A DNA stretch of 33,106 bases. Origin: Clostridiales bacterium. Its GTDB lineage: Bacteria > Bacillota > Clostridia > Christensenellales > Aristaeellaceae. This document shows, in pieces, positions 8,460 to 16,226 of this stretch. The position numbers and the translations under genes were made by a program. The notes under the pieces are model-generated. The model worked only from the letters and a program-made list of their open reading frames with translations, had not been told where the DNA came from and made no database searches. The first letter of the stretch is position 1; each line of letters opens with the position of its first letter. The DNA is taken from NCBI GenBank assembly GCA_022776785.1, contig JALFHA010000026.1:1-33106 (forward strand). The letters are read 5' to 3'.

Positions 8460-9626
8460 TTAGTACATGGTCGCGTTCGCGCCGGCATACTGTCTGGCGT
8501 ATTCAGCAATCGCCTTGGCGTTGGCGGCGATTTCGCTGTCCTCGTTTCCGATGTCATCCGGCGCGCCGCCGGTCACGGCCTGCGCGGCGCTCGTCTCCTG
8601 CACGCGCGCCTGCATGAAATTCGCGCCCTTCTGCTTCATCGCGGCCACGAGCGACTTCTGGAATTCCAGCGCGGACGTGCCGTTTTTCTTGGCCTCCGCC
8701 GCCATCTGCTCATAGCCGGGGATCGTCAGCGCGTCGATGTCGTCCATGCGCGCCCGCTCAGCCGTCACCGCGCTCTGCTTGATCTGATCGACCAGCGCCG
8801 GATTCTGTGCGCGAAGCTCCTCCATGCTGATGCTTCCGATGTCCATGTTCGTCTGTTCCTCCTCATTTTGGTGTATTTCAGCCGAGGCCCCGGCAACTGG
8901 AGCTTCGTTGCTGACGGTTTGCTGCGTCTCCTGCCGCACGGCAATCTGCTGCGGCACATCCCTGTACAGGCTGCGCATCACGGCCATCTCGCGGCTTGTT
9001 ACGCAGGCGGCAGCGGGCGATTCGCGGCCAACGCTGGCATAGAGCACTTCATCCGCAAATCCGGCCTCAACCGCCCGCTCTGCCGTGAACCACGTCTCCG
9101 CATCCATCCACTTCTTCACCTGCTCCTCGTCCTTGCCGCACCGCTTCATGTAGAACTGCCGGGATGTCTGCTCGATGCTGCGAAGCCGCTGCGCAGCGTG
9201 CTCAAACTCGCTCGCAGTCCCGCAGGCATAGGCCCACGGGTTGTGGATCATGTATTCGCTGCCCTCGGCAATCTGCACATGCGCACCCGGCAGCGTGGCA
9301 ATGTCCGTCGCCGCGCTGGCGCACATGCCCTCGATGCGGATATTGATCTCATCAAATCCAGCGCTGCCCAAAATGGAGCGCATGGCAACCGCCTCCGTGC
9401 AGATGCCGCCCGGGCTGTTGATGCGCACATTCAGCTTTGTCGCGCCCTTTTCGCGCAGCGCCTTGATGGCCCTGTCAAATTCGGCGGCGCTCTTGTCCTC
9501 CTTGCTCCACTTGTAGCATTCAGGCCCGTCCTGAATGATCTCGCCGTAGAGCATCAGCTCCGCCGTGTCGCCGCCCTCATCCGGCATGGCCGCACTGTAG
9601 GCGATCCTGAAGATGTCTCTTGGCAT
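8460..9626 (-). CDS. Head maturation protease (ClpP/S49, lambda gpC-like) with a scaffold-like C-terminal half
   Basis: The ORF is 388 aa. The N-terminal half carries ClpP-type motifs (RINSPGGICTEAVAM, MCASAATDIA). The C-terminal half is helical. The start overlaps the portal stop (TAATG). Confidence 0.85.
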   Translation of the reverse strand: MPRDIFRIAYSAAMPDEGGDTAELMLYGEIIQDGPECYKWSKEDKSAAEFDRAIKALREKGATKLNVRINSPGGICTEAVAMRSILGSAGFDEINIRIEGMCASAATDIATLPGAHVQIAEGSEYMIHNPWAYACGTASEFEHAAQRLRSIEQTSRQFYMKRCGKDEEQVKKWMDAETWFTAERAVEAGFADEVLYASVGRESPAAACVTSREMAVMRSLYRDVPQQIAVRQETQQTVSNEAPVAGASAEIHQNEEEQTNMDIGSISMEELRAQNPALVDQIKQSAVTAERARMDDIDALTIPGYEQMAAEAKKNGTSALEFQKSLVAAMKQKGANFMQARVQETSAAQAVTGGAPDDIGNEDSEIAANAKAIAEYARQYAGANATMY

Positions 9627-11269
9627 TATGTCTTCTCCTCGCTTTCGTTCTTTCCGCTGTTCTTGCCGCCGGGTTTTCCGGTTTTCCCGCTCCCCATGTC
9701 GGAGGTCATGGCAATTTCCTTGCTTCGCTGTCGCACATTCTCCGACCAGTCGTTGCCGTTGTATTCGCTGGCCTCCTGCTCCTGTGTCGTGATGTTCTGC
9801 GCAATGCGCATGGCTGCCGCTTCAACCTCCTTCTTCGGGTCAACGTGTCCCATGCTCGCGCCCATCCACAGGCACCCGCACCACGCCTGACGGATGGACG
9901 GGTCATCAAAAAAGCCGGGCGCGTCAATGCGTCCGGCTGCCACGGCCTCGCTGAGCCATTGCTCGTAGATCGGCTGGTTGAATTTGGCGTTGAACCGCGT
10001 CCGGTATACCTTCACCGTCCGCCAGAAGTCCAGCAGCGCCGCGCGCGCCGCCGTGTAGTTGCTCTCGTACTTCTTCACCAGCACCTCCTTGGGGATGCCC
10101 ATGCTCGAGGCAATCACCGTGATGCAGGTGTTGACAAAGCTCTCAAACTGCGTATCGCTCCTCTTGGGGTCAACGGTGGTGACGTCCTTGCCCGGAGGCA
10201 GGTCGTATATGGCTCCCGGCGCGAGCTCCAATTTCAGCTCGTCCTCCGTCACCTTCTCCTCCTCGTTGACCGCATCCTCCATGCCAGCCTTGCCGTCATC
10301 TTCCTTGCTGGTGATGAACAGCGTCAGCATCGCGGATACGACCTTGCCCGCCAGCTCAGCGTTCATGTATCGGCCAAACTGCTTAATCAGCTCGATTTCC
10401 GCCGATACAAACGGTATACCCCTGCGCTGCTCCGGGCGCTCATAGGTCATGATGTGCAGGATGTTCGGGTAGCCGGTATCCTTTCCGTAGGCGTCAACCG
10501 CCGTCCATGTGATTTCCCGGCTGTCGCTTCCGGCAAGCGGGCTCCTGCTGGCGATGTGGTAGCGGACGACAGCGCCCTCCTTGTCGATTTCCACGCCGTC
10601 GATGATCCGCCCGCCGCTGTCCGTTTCCTTGCTCTCTGATTCTCCGCTGCTGTCCGGCGTGCAGATTCGGTCTGCCTCCAGCAGCCGTATGGTCGTCTGG
10701 TAAGGCGTCCGCTTGTTTTCCTTCATGCCAAACAGCGCAAACACGTCGCCGCTCATCAGCATCGACAGGAACGCGAGCTGCTGAAGCTCGTAAAAATTGC
10801 GCTGCCGCTCTGCGTCGCACATCGTGCTGTCCGCCCACAGCCGGAATTCGCGCAGGATGCTGTGCTCCGCCTCCTCGCGCACCTCGTCCGTCATGCCGAG
10901 GTAGTCCCCGTCGATCTTCGGCTTCGGCTGGATGCCCCAACCCACAACCGAGGTTGTCAGCGTCTCCGGGCCGCTTCTCGCCAGCCCGCCGCCCTCGTAC
11001 AGGTCTCTCGCGCGTTTTCTCAGCGTCGAGCTTTGCAGGTCAATGTCGTCCTCCGCGCTGCCCGCATCGACGACCCAGCCAATCAGGCTGTTGAGCGTCT
11101 TGCTCGCGCCATAGCTCCCATAGCTCATGCGCGGCGCTCCAGCGCTTCTTCCTGTCCGCGTCGGCCTTCCGCCTTCCTTCATGCCGCTCTCTCGGCTGTC
11201 GCTTCCCTCCCGCTGCCATTCCGGGCTGTCAGCCGGTGCGGGCCCGTTCACCCTTGGCGTCTCGTTCAT
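9626..11269 (-). CDS. Portal protein, lambda gpB family
   Basis: The ORF is 547 aa. Its position between the gpW-like gene and the protease, and its size, fit the lambda-family portal. Confidence 0.85.
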   Translation of the reverse strand: MNETPRVNGPAPADSPEWQREGSDSRESGMKEGGRPTRTGRSAGAPRMSYGSYGASKTLNSLIGWVVDAGSAEDDIDLQSSTLRKRARDLYEGGGLARSGPETLTTSVVGWGIQPKPKIDGDYLGMTDEVREEAEHSILREFRLWADSTMCDAERQRNFYELQQLAFLSMLMSGDVFALFGMKENKRTPYQTTIRLLEADRICTPDSSGESESKETDSGGRIIDGVEIDKEGAVVRYHIASRSPLAGSDSREITWTAVDAYGKDTGYPNILHIMTYERPEQRRGIPFVSAEIELIKQFGRYMNAELAGKVVSAMLTLFITSKEDDGKAGMEDAVNEEEKVTEDELKLELAPGAIYDLPPGKDVTTVDPKRSDTQFESFVNTCITVIASSMGIPKEVLVKKYESNYTAARAALLDFWRTVKVYRTRFNAKFNQPIYEQWLSEAVAAGRIDAPGFFDDPSIRQAWCGCLWMGASMGHVDPKKEVEAAAMRIAQNITTQEQEASEYNGNDWSENVRQRSKEIAMTSDMGSGKTGKPGGKNSGKNESEEKT

Positions 11270-11281
11270 AGCGTCACCTCA

Positions 11282-11524
11282 TCACAGGTCGCGCGGCACA
11301 ACGCGCGTCACGCGCTTTGTCCTCACGCTGCCGGAAAGCGCCTCGACCCGGTTTCCGAAGTAGTTGATCGCCGCGCGGATGTCCTCCATGTCCACCAGCG
11401 TACACTCCCGCGTGCCCACGCGGTAGCTCGTCACCTGTCCGCTCGCCAGCGCCCTTTCGCAGCTTTTCCATAGCTCAAGCATTTCTCTCGCTTCATCAAT
11501 GGTGTATGCGGATATGGCCGCCAT
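11282..11524 (-). CDS. Head-tail joining protein, lambda gpW-like
   Basis: This 80-aa ORF lies between the terminase large subunit and the portal, matching lambda order Nu1-A-W-B. It contains ...GQVTSYRVGTRECTLVDMEDIRAAI... Confidence 0.6.
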   Translation of the reverse strand: MAAISAYTIDEAREMLELWKSCERALASGQVTSYRVGTRECTLVDMEDIRAAINYFGNRVEALSGSVRTKRVTRVVPRDL

Positions 11525-11535
11525 GTCCTTCCCTC

Positions 11536-12768
11536 CTATACCTTGATTCCCCTGCTCACAACGTGCCTGTTTTTCCTCTTTGTCTCCTCGCCTTTGGTGA
11601 TGACCTTCTTCGGTTCCTCCATCCCGCTGACAATCCGTTCAAGCTCGTCAAACCGCCAGTTGAAATACCGGTACGCCGCCCGCGCATAGTTCCGGCAGTC
11701 CAGCGGCTCGTTCCGCTCGTAGAATTTTTCCCACTTGATGACGCCCTGACCGCCTCTGCGGTGGATCACCATTTTCTCGGAGATCAACCCTCTGAAAAAC
11801 TCCTTGTCGTATCCGGCACGGAAGTCAAGCGGGAAGTGCATGTAGTTCGGCCCCGGCTCGCTGATTCCGGCCTCATACATGATGCCCTCCTTGCCTGCGT
11901 CAGGCAGGCGCTTGCACGCATGTTCGTCGATGTCCCGCTTGCAGACCGGGCAGCGCCACGCGACGCTACGAATGTGGTAATCCTTGTCTCCGTTTCCGCT
12001 GACGTATTCCTCCGCGTCATACTGGATGTCCGCAAACCGGATATAGCTGTATGTCTGGCAGGCTGGGCATTGCGTGTGCCACTCCTCCTGCGTGCCGTTC
12101 ATGTAATCCGTTTCAATTTTCGATTTCCCCTTGATCGTCGGCGTGCTCGTCTTGATGATCTTCCGGTTGTGGCGGAAGGTTTCCGTTCGCCTTTCAGCCA
12201 GCTCCTGCGGGTCGCCCTCAGCCCCGGCGCTTGCCGGGAATCTGTCCGTTTCATCCATGAAGATATACCTCACCGGCTTGCTTGACAGGTCTGCCGGGCT
12301 GTTCGCACCGATGATGGCAAGGCTCCCACCCGGGAACGTCTTCATCGTGATGGTGTTTGCGGCATCTCGCCCCTTTGCTTTGGAAACCTTGCTCCTCAGC
12401 GTCGGGCAGGCGTCAATCATCGGGGCGATTCTCCGCTTGCTGTAGTCCTCCGCCACGTCCTTTGTCGGCTGAATGTAGAGCATCGGGCCGGGGTCGTTGT
12501 CTATAGCGCAGCCCATCATGTTCAGCTCGATTTCACTCTTGCCCACCTGCGCGCTTGCCATGATGACGATTTGCCATATCCCCTTCTGCGTAAAGGCGTC
12601 CATGATCTCGCGCTGATACGGCGCTCTGTCTGTTCTCCACGGGCCAGGCTCGGCGCTGCTCTCAGAAACCAGCACGCGGTGGGTATCCGCCCACTCGGAA
12701 ACGGTCTGCGACGCGGGAGGCCGGAACATCGAGTATGTGCATTGGGCGAGTTCTGCTATAGCGCTCAC
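11536..12768 (-). CDS. Terminase large subunit, GpA family, apparently internally deleted (410 aa)
   Basis: The N-terminus aligns with lambda gpA (FRPP..TVSEWAD, Walker A ASAQVGKSE, Walker B IFMDETD, Zn-ribbon CPAC...CPVC). The C-terminus matches the gpA tail (MHFP...RNEPLDCRNYARAA versus lambda VHFP...RRNEALDCFVYALAA). The roughly 250 aa between these blocks in lambda gpA (641 aa) are absent. Confidence 0.85.
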   Translation of the reverse strand: MSAIAELAQCTYSMFRPPASQTVSEWADTHRVLVSESSAEPGPWRTDRAPYQREIMDAFTQKGIWQIVIMASAQVGKSEIELNMMGCAIDNDPGPMLYIQPTKDVAEDYSKRRIAPMIDACPTLRSKVSKAKGRDAANTITMKTFPGGSLAIIGANSPADLSSKPVRYIFMDETDRFPASAGAEGDPQELAERRTETFRHNRKIIKTSTPTIKGKSKIETDYMNGTQEEWHTQCPACQTYSYIRFADIQYDAEEYVSGNGDKDYHIRSVAWRCPVCKRDIDEHACKRLPDAGKEGIMYEAGISEPGPNYMHFPLDFRAGYDKEFFRGLISEKMVIHRRGGQGVIKWEKFYERNEPLDCRNYARAAYRYFNWRFDELERIVSGMEEPKKVITKGEETKRKNRHVVSRGIKV

Positions 12769-12770
12769 CG

Positions 12771-13298
12771 TTACACCTCCCCGTCATCCTCCTCGCTTTC
12801 ATCGCTCGCTTTTTCCTCCTCCGCCGCGTAGTCCGGCAGCGGCGTATCCGCTATGTGCTCAAGCGCCGAGCGTATTTCGCCGTCTATGATGCTCTGTATG
12901 GCTTCCACGCTGTCCATCATCCGCACAAGCGGCGCTGTCTTGCTCGCCACATGGAGCAGGTTTTGCGTCACCGTGCTAGCGATGTCTCCCCACAGGCGCT
13001 TGACGTCTGCCACGTCGATGAGCCGACCACGCATCCGCGCGACCTCAAGCTCCGTCTTCTGCGTTTTCACAATCTCGTGCTTTGCCTTGACCGCATCCAG
13101 GTCATTCGAGCTTTCCGTCTCGCGCGATACGTTGTATTCAACCCATCGCTGCACAAAAACAGCGAGGTCGCATTTTCCGCCCTCGCTTTCTACAAACAGC
13201 TTTTTGTCCTTCGGCAAATCCCGGTCAATGTCATACAGCCTCCTGTAGGTGTATCCCGAGATTTCCGCCAGCTCCTTTTTCGTGCACGCCCTGTTCAT
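12771..13298 (-). CDS. Terminase small subunit (Nu1-like position)
   Basis: This 175-aa ORF lies immediately upstream of GpA-type TerL. It has an N-terminal HTH-like segment (KKELAEISGYTYRRLYDIDRD) and an acidic tail. Confidence 0.65.
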   Translation of the reverse strand: MNRACTKKELAEISGYTYRRLYDIDRDLPKDKKLFVESEGGKCDLAVFVQRWVEYNVSRETESSNDLDAVKAKHEIVKTQKTELEVARMRGRLIDVADVKRLWGDIASTVTQNLLHVASKTAPLVRMMDSVEAIQSIIDGEIRSALEHIADTPLPDYAAEEEKASDESEEDDGEV

Positions 13299-13894
13299 AG
13301 CAACTCCCCGATGTGCCTGTCAAGCGCGGCGGACAGCGCCTCATGAATGTCAGCCTCCACCATGGGCTGCGCCCGGTTCGTCGGCATCTGCGGCACGGCG
13401 AGTGCAGATACGCGCTCAATCGGGAAGGGGTTTTTGCTCAGCCGGGTAAACACTGCGCCATGCAGCTTCTGCGCGCTTGTGTTCCGGAATGGCGGGTTCC
13501 CGCCGTATGAGCTCAGCCACTGCGGCAGCACGCTTTGCTGTCCCTTGACGATCTTCGCCGTGATCCTGTAATGCGCGCCTCTCGGCACCCATCCCGCCCT
13601 GCCTCCGCTCGCCTTGATTCTTCCGCCGATGGTTCCCCTCGTTGAGGCGAGCGGGATGACGCAGCTGATCCCTCCGCCAGACCGCATCCGTTTGGTGCTG
13701 CTTCCAATCCACGCCTTGGTGGCATGGTATTCTCTGGGAATCTCCTTCTTGAGGATGGGCCTGACCTGCTTACCCGTCTCCCTGCAAATATTTCTGAGCA
13801 TCGCGTTGGCCCGCTCCGGCGTCAGCCGCTTTCTCAGAAAATCAACCTTGTTTTTCAGGTCGCTTGCGTCAATGGTGATGATGTACTCAGCCAT
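13295..13894 (-). CDS. Phage structural protein, tentatively lambda gpZ-like (minor tail protein Z family)
   Basis: The start was trimmed to ATG 13894 (GGAGGTGAGATT-ATG). The tracked N-terminal extension runs through two terminator hairpins. The basic, Gly-rich middle region (GGRIKASGGRAGWVPRGAHYRITAKIVKG...HGAVFTRLSKNPFPIERV) resembles the gpZ pattern. Confidence 0.55.
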   Translation of the reverse strand: MAEYIITIDASDLKNKVDFLRKRLTPERANAMLRNICRETGKQVRPILKKEIPREYHATKAWIGSSTKRMRSGGGISCVIPLASTRGTIGGRIKASGGRAGWVPRGAHYRITAKIVKGQQSVLPQWLSSYGGNPPFRNTSAQKLHGAVFTRLSKNPFPIERVSALAVPQMPTNRAQPMVEADIHEALSAALDRHIGELL

Positions 13895-13913
13895 AATCTC
13901 ACCTCCTGCGCAC

Positions 13914-13937
13914 GAAAAAAGCGGGCAGTGCCCGCTC
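13914..13937 (-). terminator. Intrinsic terminator-like hairpin 2 (AGCGGGC-ACT-GCCCGCT followed by T6), 8 nt before the RBS of the first late gene
   Basis: Read directly on the minus strand: AGCGGGCACTGCCCGCTTTTTTCG. Confidence 0.6.
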
Positions 13938-14010
13938 CCGCTTCCGACCCACTCCGCATTCTCCATCCTTCTTCCTTCGAGGTCGATGGTGATGCAATAT
14001 CCTGTAGGCC

Positions 14011-14043
14011 GAAAAAAACGGACACCCGCTTTAGGCATCCGCT
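14011..14043 (-). terminator. Intrinsic terminator-like hairpin 1 (CGGATGCC-TAAAGCG-GGTGTCCG followed by T7)
   Basis: On the minus strand there is an 8-bp stem including two G-U pairs, followed by TTTTTTT. It lies roughly 15-45 nt downstream of the predicted transcription start. Confidence 0.5.
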
Positions 14044-14065
14044 CTCCACTTCTTCCGATGATACC

Positions 14066-14094
14066 ATTTTAGCACAGTCGGCTTGTCATTTCAA
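14066..14094 (-). promoter_or_regulatory. Strong sigma-A-type promoter (TTGAAA, 17-nt spacer, TGcTAAAAT) directed into the late operon
   Basis: On the minus strand the -35 TTGAAA is at 14094-14089 and the extended -10 TGCTAAAAT ends at 14066. Confidence 0.55.
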
Positions 14095-14113
14095 CACATT
14101 TTGGAATGTTTCA

Positions 14114-14581
14114 TCACTTTTTCAGAAAAAAATGATCTCTCCATTTCACGCTTGCCATGTTCGGCGCCTGCTCCACGGCCTTCCTCGCCCTTTCGAACGT
14201 TCTGCGCGTCATGTTCAGCCGCATCCGAACCTCCCTTGCGGGCACATTGTCGAGATACATCATGCGAACAAATGTTTGCATGTTCGTGTTCTCGATGCCG
14301 TTGATGATCGCCTCTGCACGGCTGAGCATTTTGCAGTATCGCTCGACCATCATCCTGTGCCTCTCCTCCAGCTCGGAAACCTCCGCAAACGCGGTGTCAA
14401 GCCCGGCTGGCGCGCCTCCTCCCGGCATCCCGGAAAGGTGCTGCGCCATGCTGCTCATCCTCTCGCGCTGCCATTCCCTGCGTTTTTCAAGCGATACAAT
14501 ATCCTGCATCAGATACCATACCTCCGATAGCGCAATGATGTCGGCATTGGCTACCGCCCTCTGTTCGGTTTCTGTTTCCAT
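14114..14581 (-). CDS. Phage late-gene regulator, sigma-70 region-4-like (DUF1492/ArpU-like class)
   Basis: The start was trimmed to ATG 14581 (GGAGGGG 3 nt upstream). The tracked extension covers a hairpin. The C-terminal HTH (NMQTFVRMMYLDNVPAREVRMRLNMTRRTFERARKAVEQA) fits this class, as does its position just before the packaging genes. Confidence 0.65.
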   Translation of the reverse strand: METETEQRAVANADIIALSEVWYLMQDIVSLEKRREWQRERMSSMAQHLSGMPGGGAPAGLDTAFAEVSELEERHRMMVERYCKMLSRAEAIINGIENTNMQTFVRMMYLDNVPAREVRMRLNMTRRTFERARKAVEQAPNMASVKWRDHFFLKK

Positions 14582-14852
14582 GTCCCCTCCGTCAAAAGCG
14601 CGGACGTCAGCGCTTTTCCTTCTGCTCAAGCGCCTTTGCCGCATCCAGCATCAGCTGCTCATAGCACTCCGTCGTTCCGCTTCCCATCCTGATACGGGCA
14701 GCACGCTCCGCACAGCATGTCGTTTCCGCACATCTTCAGCGCGGTGGTCGGCAATCCCACCGTGTGCCGTTCTCTCCGGCGCGGCTTCAAAAAAAGGATT
14801 TCTCATTCAAGATGAGCGAATTTGTGCGGCTCATTTTCTTTTTCTGCGATCA

Positions 14853-15137
14853 TTAAGCGTCCATCTTTGCGCCGCAGTTCCAGCAATATTTACCACGCAC
14901 TGACGATTCATTGTCATAGTTCTTGCACGCGCTACACTGGATGGCGATTCTTTCGCCAGCCATTCTTCTTACAATCCACCTCGCATGCGTTCCGGTGCAA
15001 TCGCTGAGTTGAGCAATCGCCATGCTCAGTGCATCGTGCTTCTCTTTGCGAAGCGGATCATTGTATGCATCGTTTTCCTTCTGCACACAGTTTTCACGCA
15101 TCTGCGTAAGCAATTCCACAGCCCTTTCTGCGTTCAT
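14853..15137 (-). CDS. Hypothetical phage Zn-ribbon protein
   Basis: This 94-aa ORF has a GGAGGGAGT RBS and a C-terminal CSACKN...CWNCGAKMDA motif. Confidence 0.6.
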   Translation of the reverse strand: MNAERAVELLTQMRENCVQKENDAYNDPLRKEKHDALSMAIAQLSDCTGTHARWIVRRMAGERIAIQCSACKNYDNESSVRGKYCWNCGAKMDA

Positions 15138-15192
15138 ACTCCCTCCAAAATAAAACTATCCATTGATGTCTACTAATTCACATTCGTCTCCT

Positions 15193-15450
15193 TTAATCAA
15201 TAACCGTGTAGGCAAGAACGGGGAAACTATTCTTTTTTCTGTCCTTCGTCAGCCAATACGACTGCCGTCTATCTCCATATTCATCTACACCGAACCCATA
15301 GTAGCAGTACATCTGTTCCAGATTCAAATTCTCACACCCGAATTCGTGTGCAGCAATCGGATATGCTTCTTCCGGCGCATACTTTCTACCATTGAATGCG
15401 AGTATAGGACTCCAGCACCCATAAAACATGCCGTAATCGAATTTATTCAT
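15193..15450 (-). CDS. Hypothetical 85-aa phage protein in an AT-richer island
   Basis: The ORF has an AAGAAAGAGGAA RBS region. No family was recognised. Confidence 0.5.
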   Translation of the reverse strand: MNKFDYGMFYGCWSPILAFNGRKYAPEEAYPIAAHEFGCENLNLEQMYCYYGFGVDEYGDRRQSYWLTKDRKKNSFPVLAYTVID

Positions 15451-15623
15451 AGTTCCTCTTTCTTGTCCTTAATTGTGCCGGGCTTGCCTACTTACCACGT
15501 CACGCAGGAACGCAACCCTTCGACAAGCCGGGCACACTTTAATGAACATTCGTCTCCCAAAGATGCTTAACGTGTTTTTTGCTGATTTAGAAGATAAGCC
15601 GCACAAATACCGCCGTTTTTGCT

Positions 15624-16226
15624 TCACTCGATTTCAAGCGCGCTCAGGTCGATGTCCCTGTCCCGGTAGATGCACCCCAGCCCCTCGTCGTACTGCTTTG
15701 CGCACAGGCCGCAGCCGTCAAACGCCTTGCGCAGCGCGCAGCCCCGGATTTCTCCGCCGGTCTTCACGCACAGCGCACACTCGCCCGCCTGAGCCGCCCG
15801 CGCAATGGTCTGCATCTCGTTCGTTCTCACCACCGCCGTCATGTTCGGCGTCGCCGTCGCACCCTCCAGCTCGATGCGGATTTGGCCCCTTCTGCACATG
15901 CTGTCCATCGTCACCATCTGCGCGGGGATCATCGTGCACAGCAGGTCGTCTCCGATCCCGAATAGCTGCCGCGTCGCCTCAACAAAGCGAGCATACCCGT
16001 GCGGAATCATTTCAAGCCGCTCACGGAGGATCTTCCCCATACCGTCGCGCATGGACTGTGCCATGATGACAAGCCACGTCGTCATCATGTTCTCATCCGC
16101 AGTCATGCGCCTTTTCTCGAATGTCCAATCCGGGTCAATACACGCTGTCACGCGGTTGTGCGTCACGGTGTATCGCTCCTTGCCCAGCCGCGCAAACGCC
16201 TCCCGCGCGGCCCTGTTCTTCTTCAT
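15624..16226 (-). CDS. Hypothetical phage protein with a Cys-rich C-terminus
   Basis: The start was trimmed to ATG 16226, which overlaps the upstream stop as ATGA. The C-terminus reads ECALCVKTGGEIRGCALRKAFDGCGLCAKQYDEGLGC. Confidence 0.6.
   Translation of the reverse strand: MKKNRAAREAFARLGKERYTVTHNRVTACIDPDWTFEKRRMTADENMMTTWLVIMAQSMRDGMGKILRERLEMIPHGYARFVEATRQLFGIGDDLLCTMIPAQMVTMDSMCRRGQIRIELEGATATPNMTAVVRTNEMQTIARAAQAGECALCVKTGGEIRGCALRKAFDGCGLCAKQYDEGLGCIYRDRDIDLSALEIE

Noticed and set aside
8444-8557. N-terminal extensions in the ORF track for several genes (8018-8557, 13295-14038, 14114-14644, 15624-16340, 18280-18711, 19833-20336, 22622, 25239, 27073, 29687)
   Set aside because: The extensions overlap upstream genes, terminator hairpins or promoter -10 boxes, and they translate to Arg-rich junk. 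Internal starts with GGAGG-type ribosome binding sites were used instead.
6940-11473. Plus-strand ORFs of 200-617 aa (6940-8043, 8037-9890, 9620-10639, 10862-11473) opposite the capsid, protease and portal genes
   Set aside because: These are the same shadow-ORF signature. They have no RBS context and overlap well-supported minus-strand structural genes.
14645-14852. Two overlapping mini-ORFs (MCGNDMLCGACCPYQDGKRNDGVL and MGSGTTECYEQLMLDAAKALEQKEKR) that would form one ~45-aa Cys-rich protein after a 1-nt frameshift
   Set aside because: This is suggestive of a frameshifted small phage gene. However, both pieces are tiny, no family is recognisable, and the evidence is too thin to call a pseudogene.
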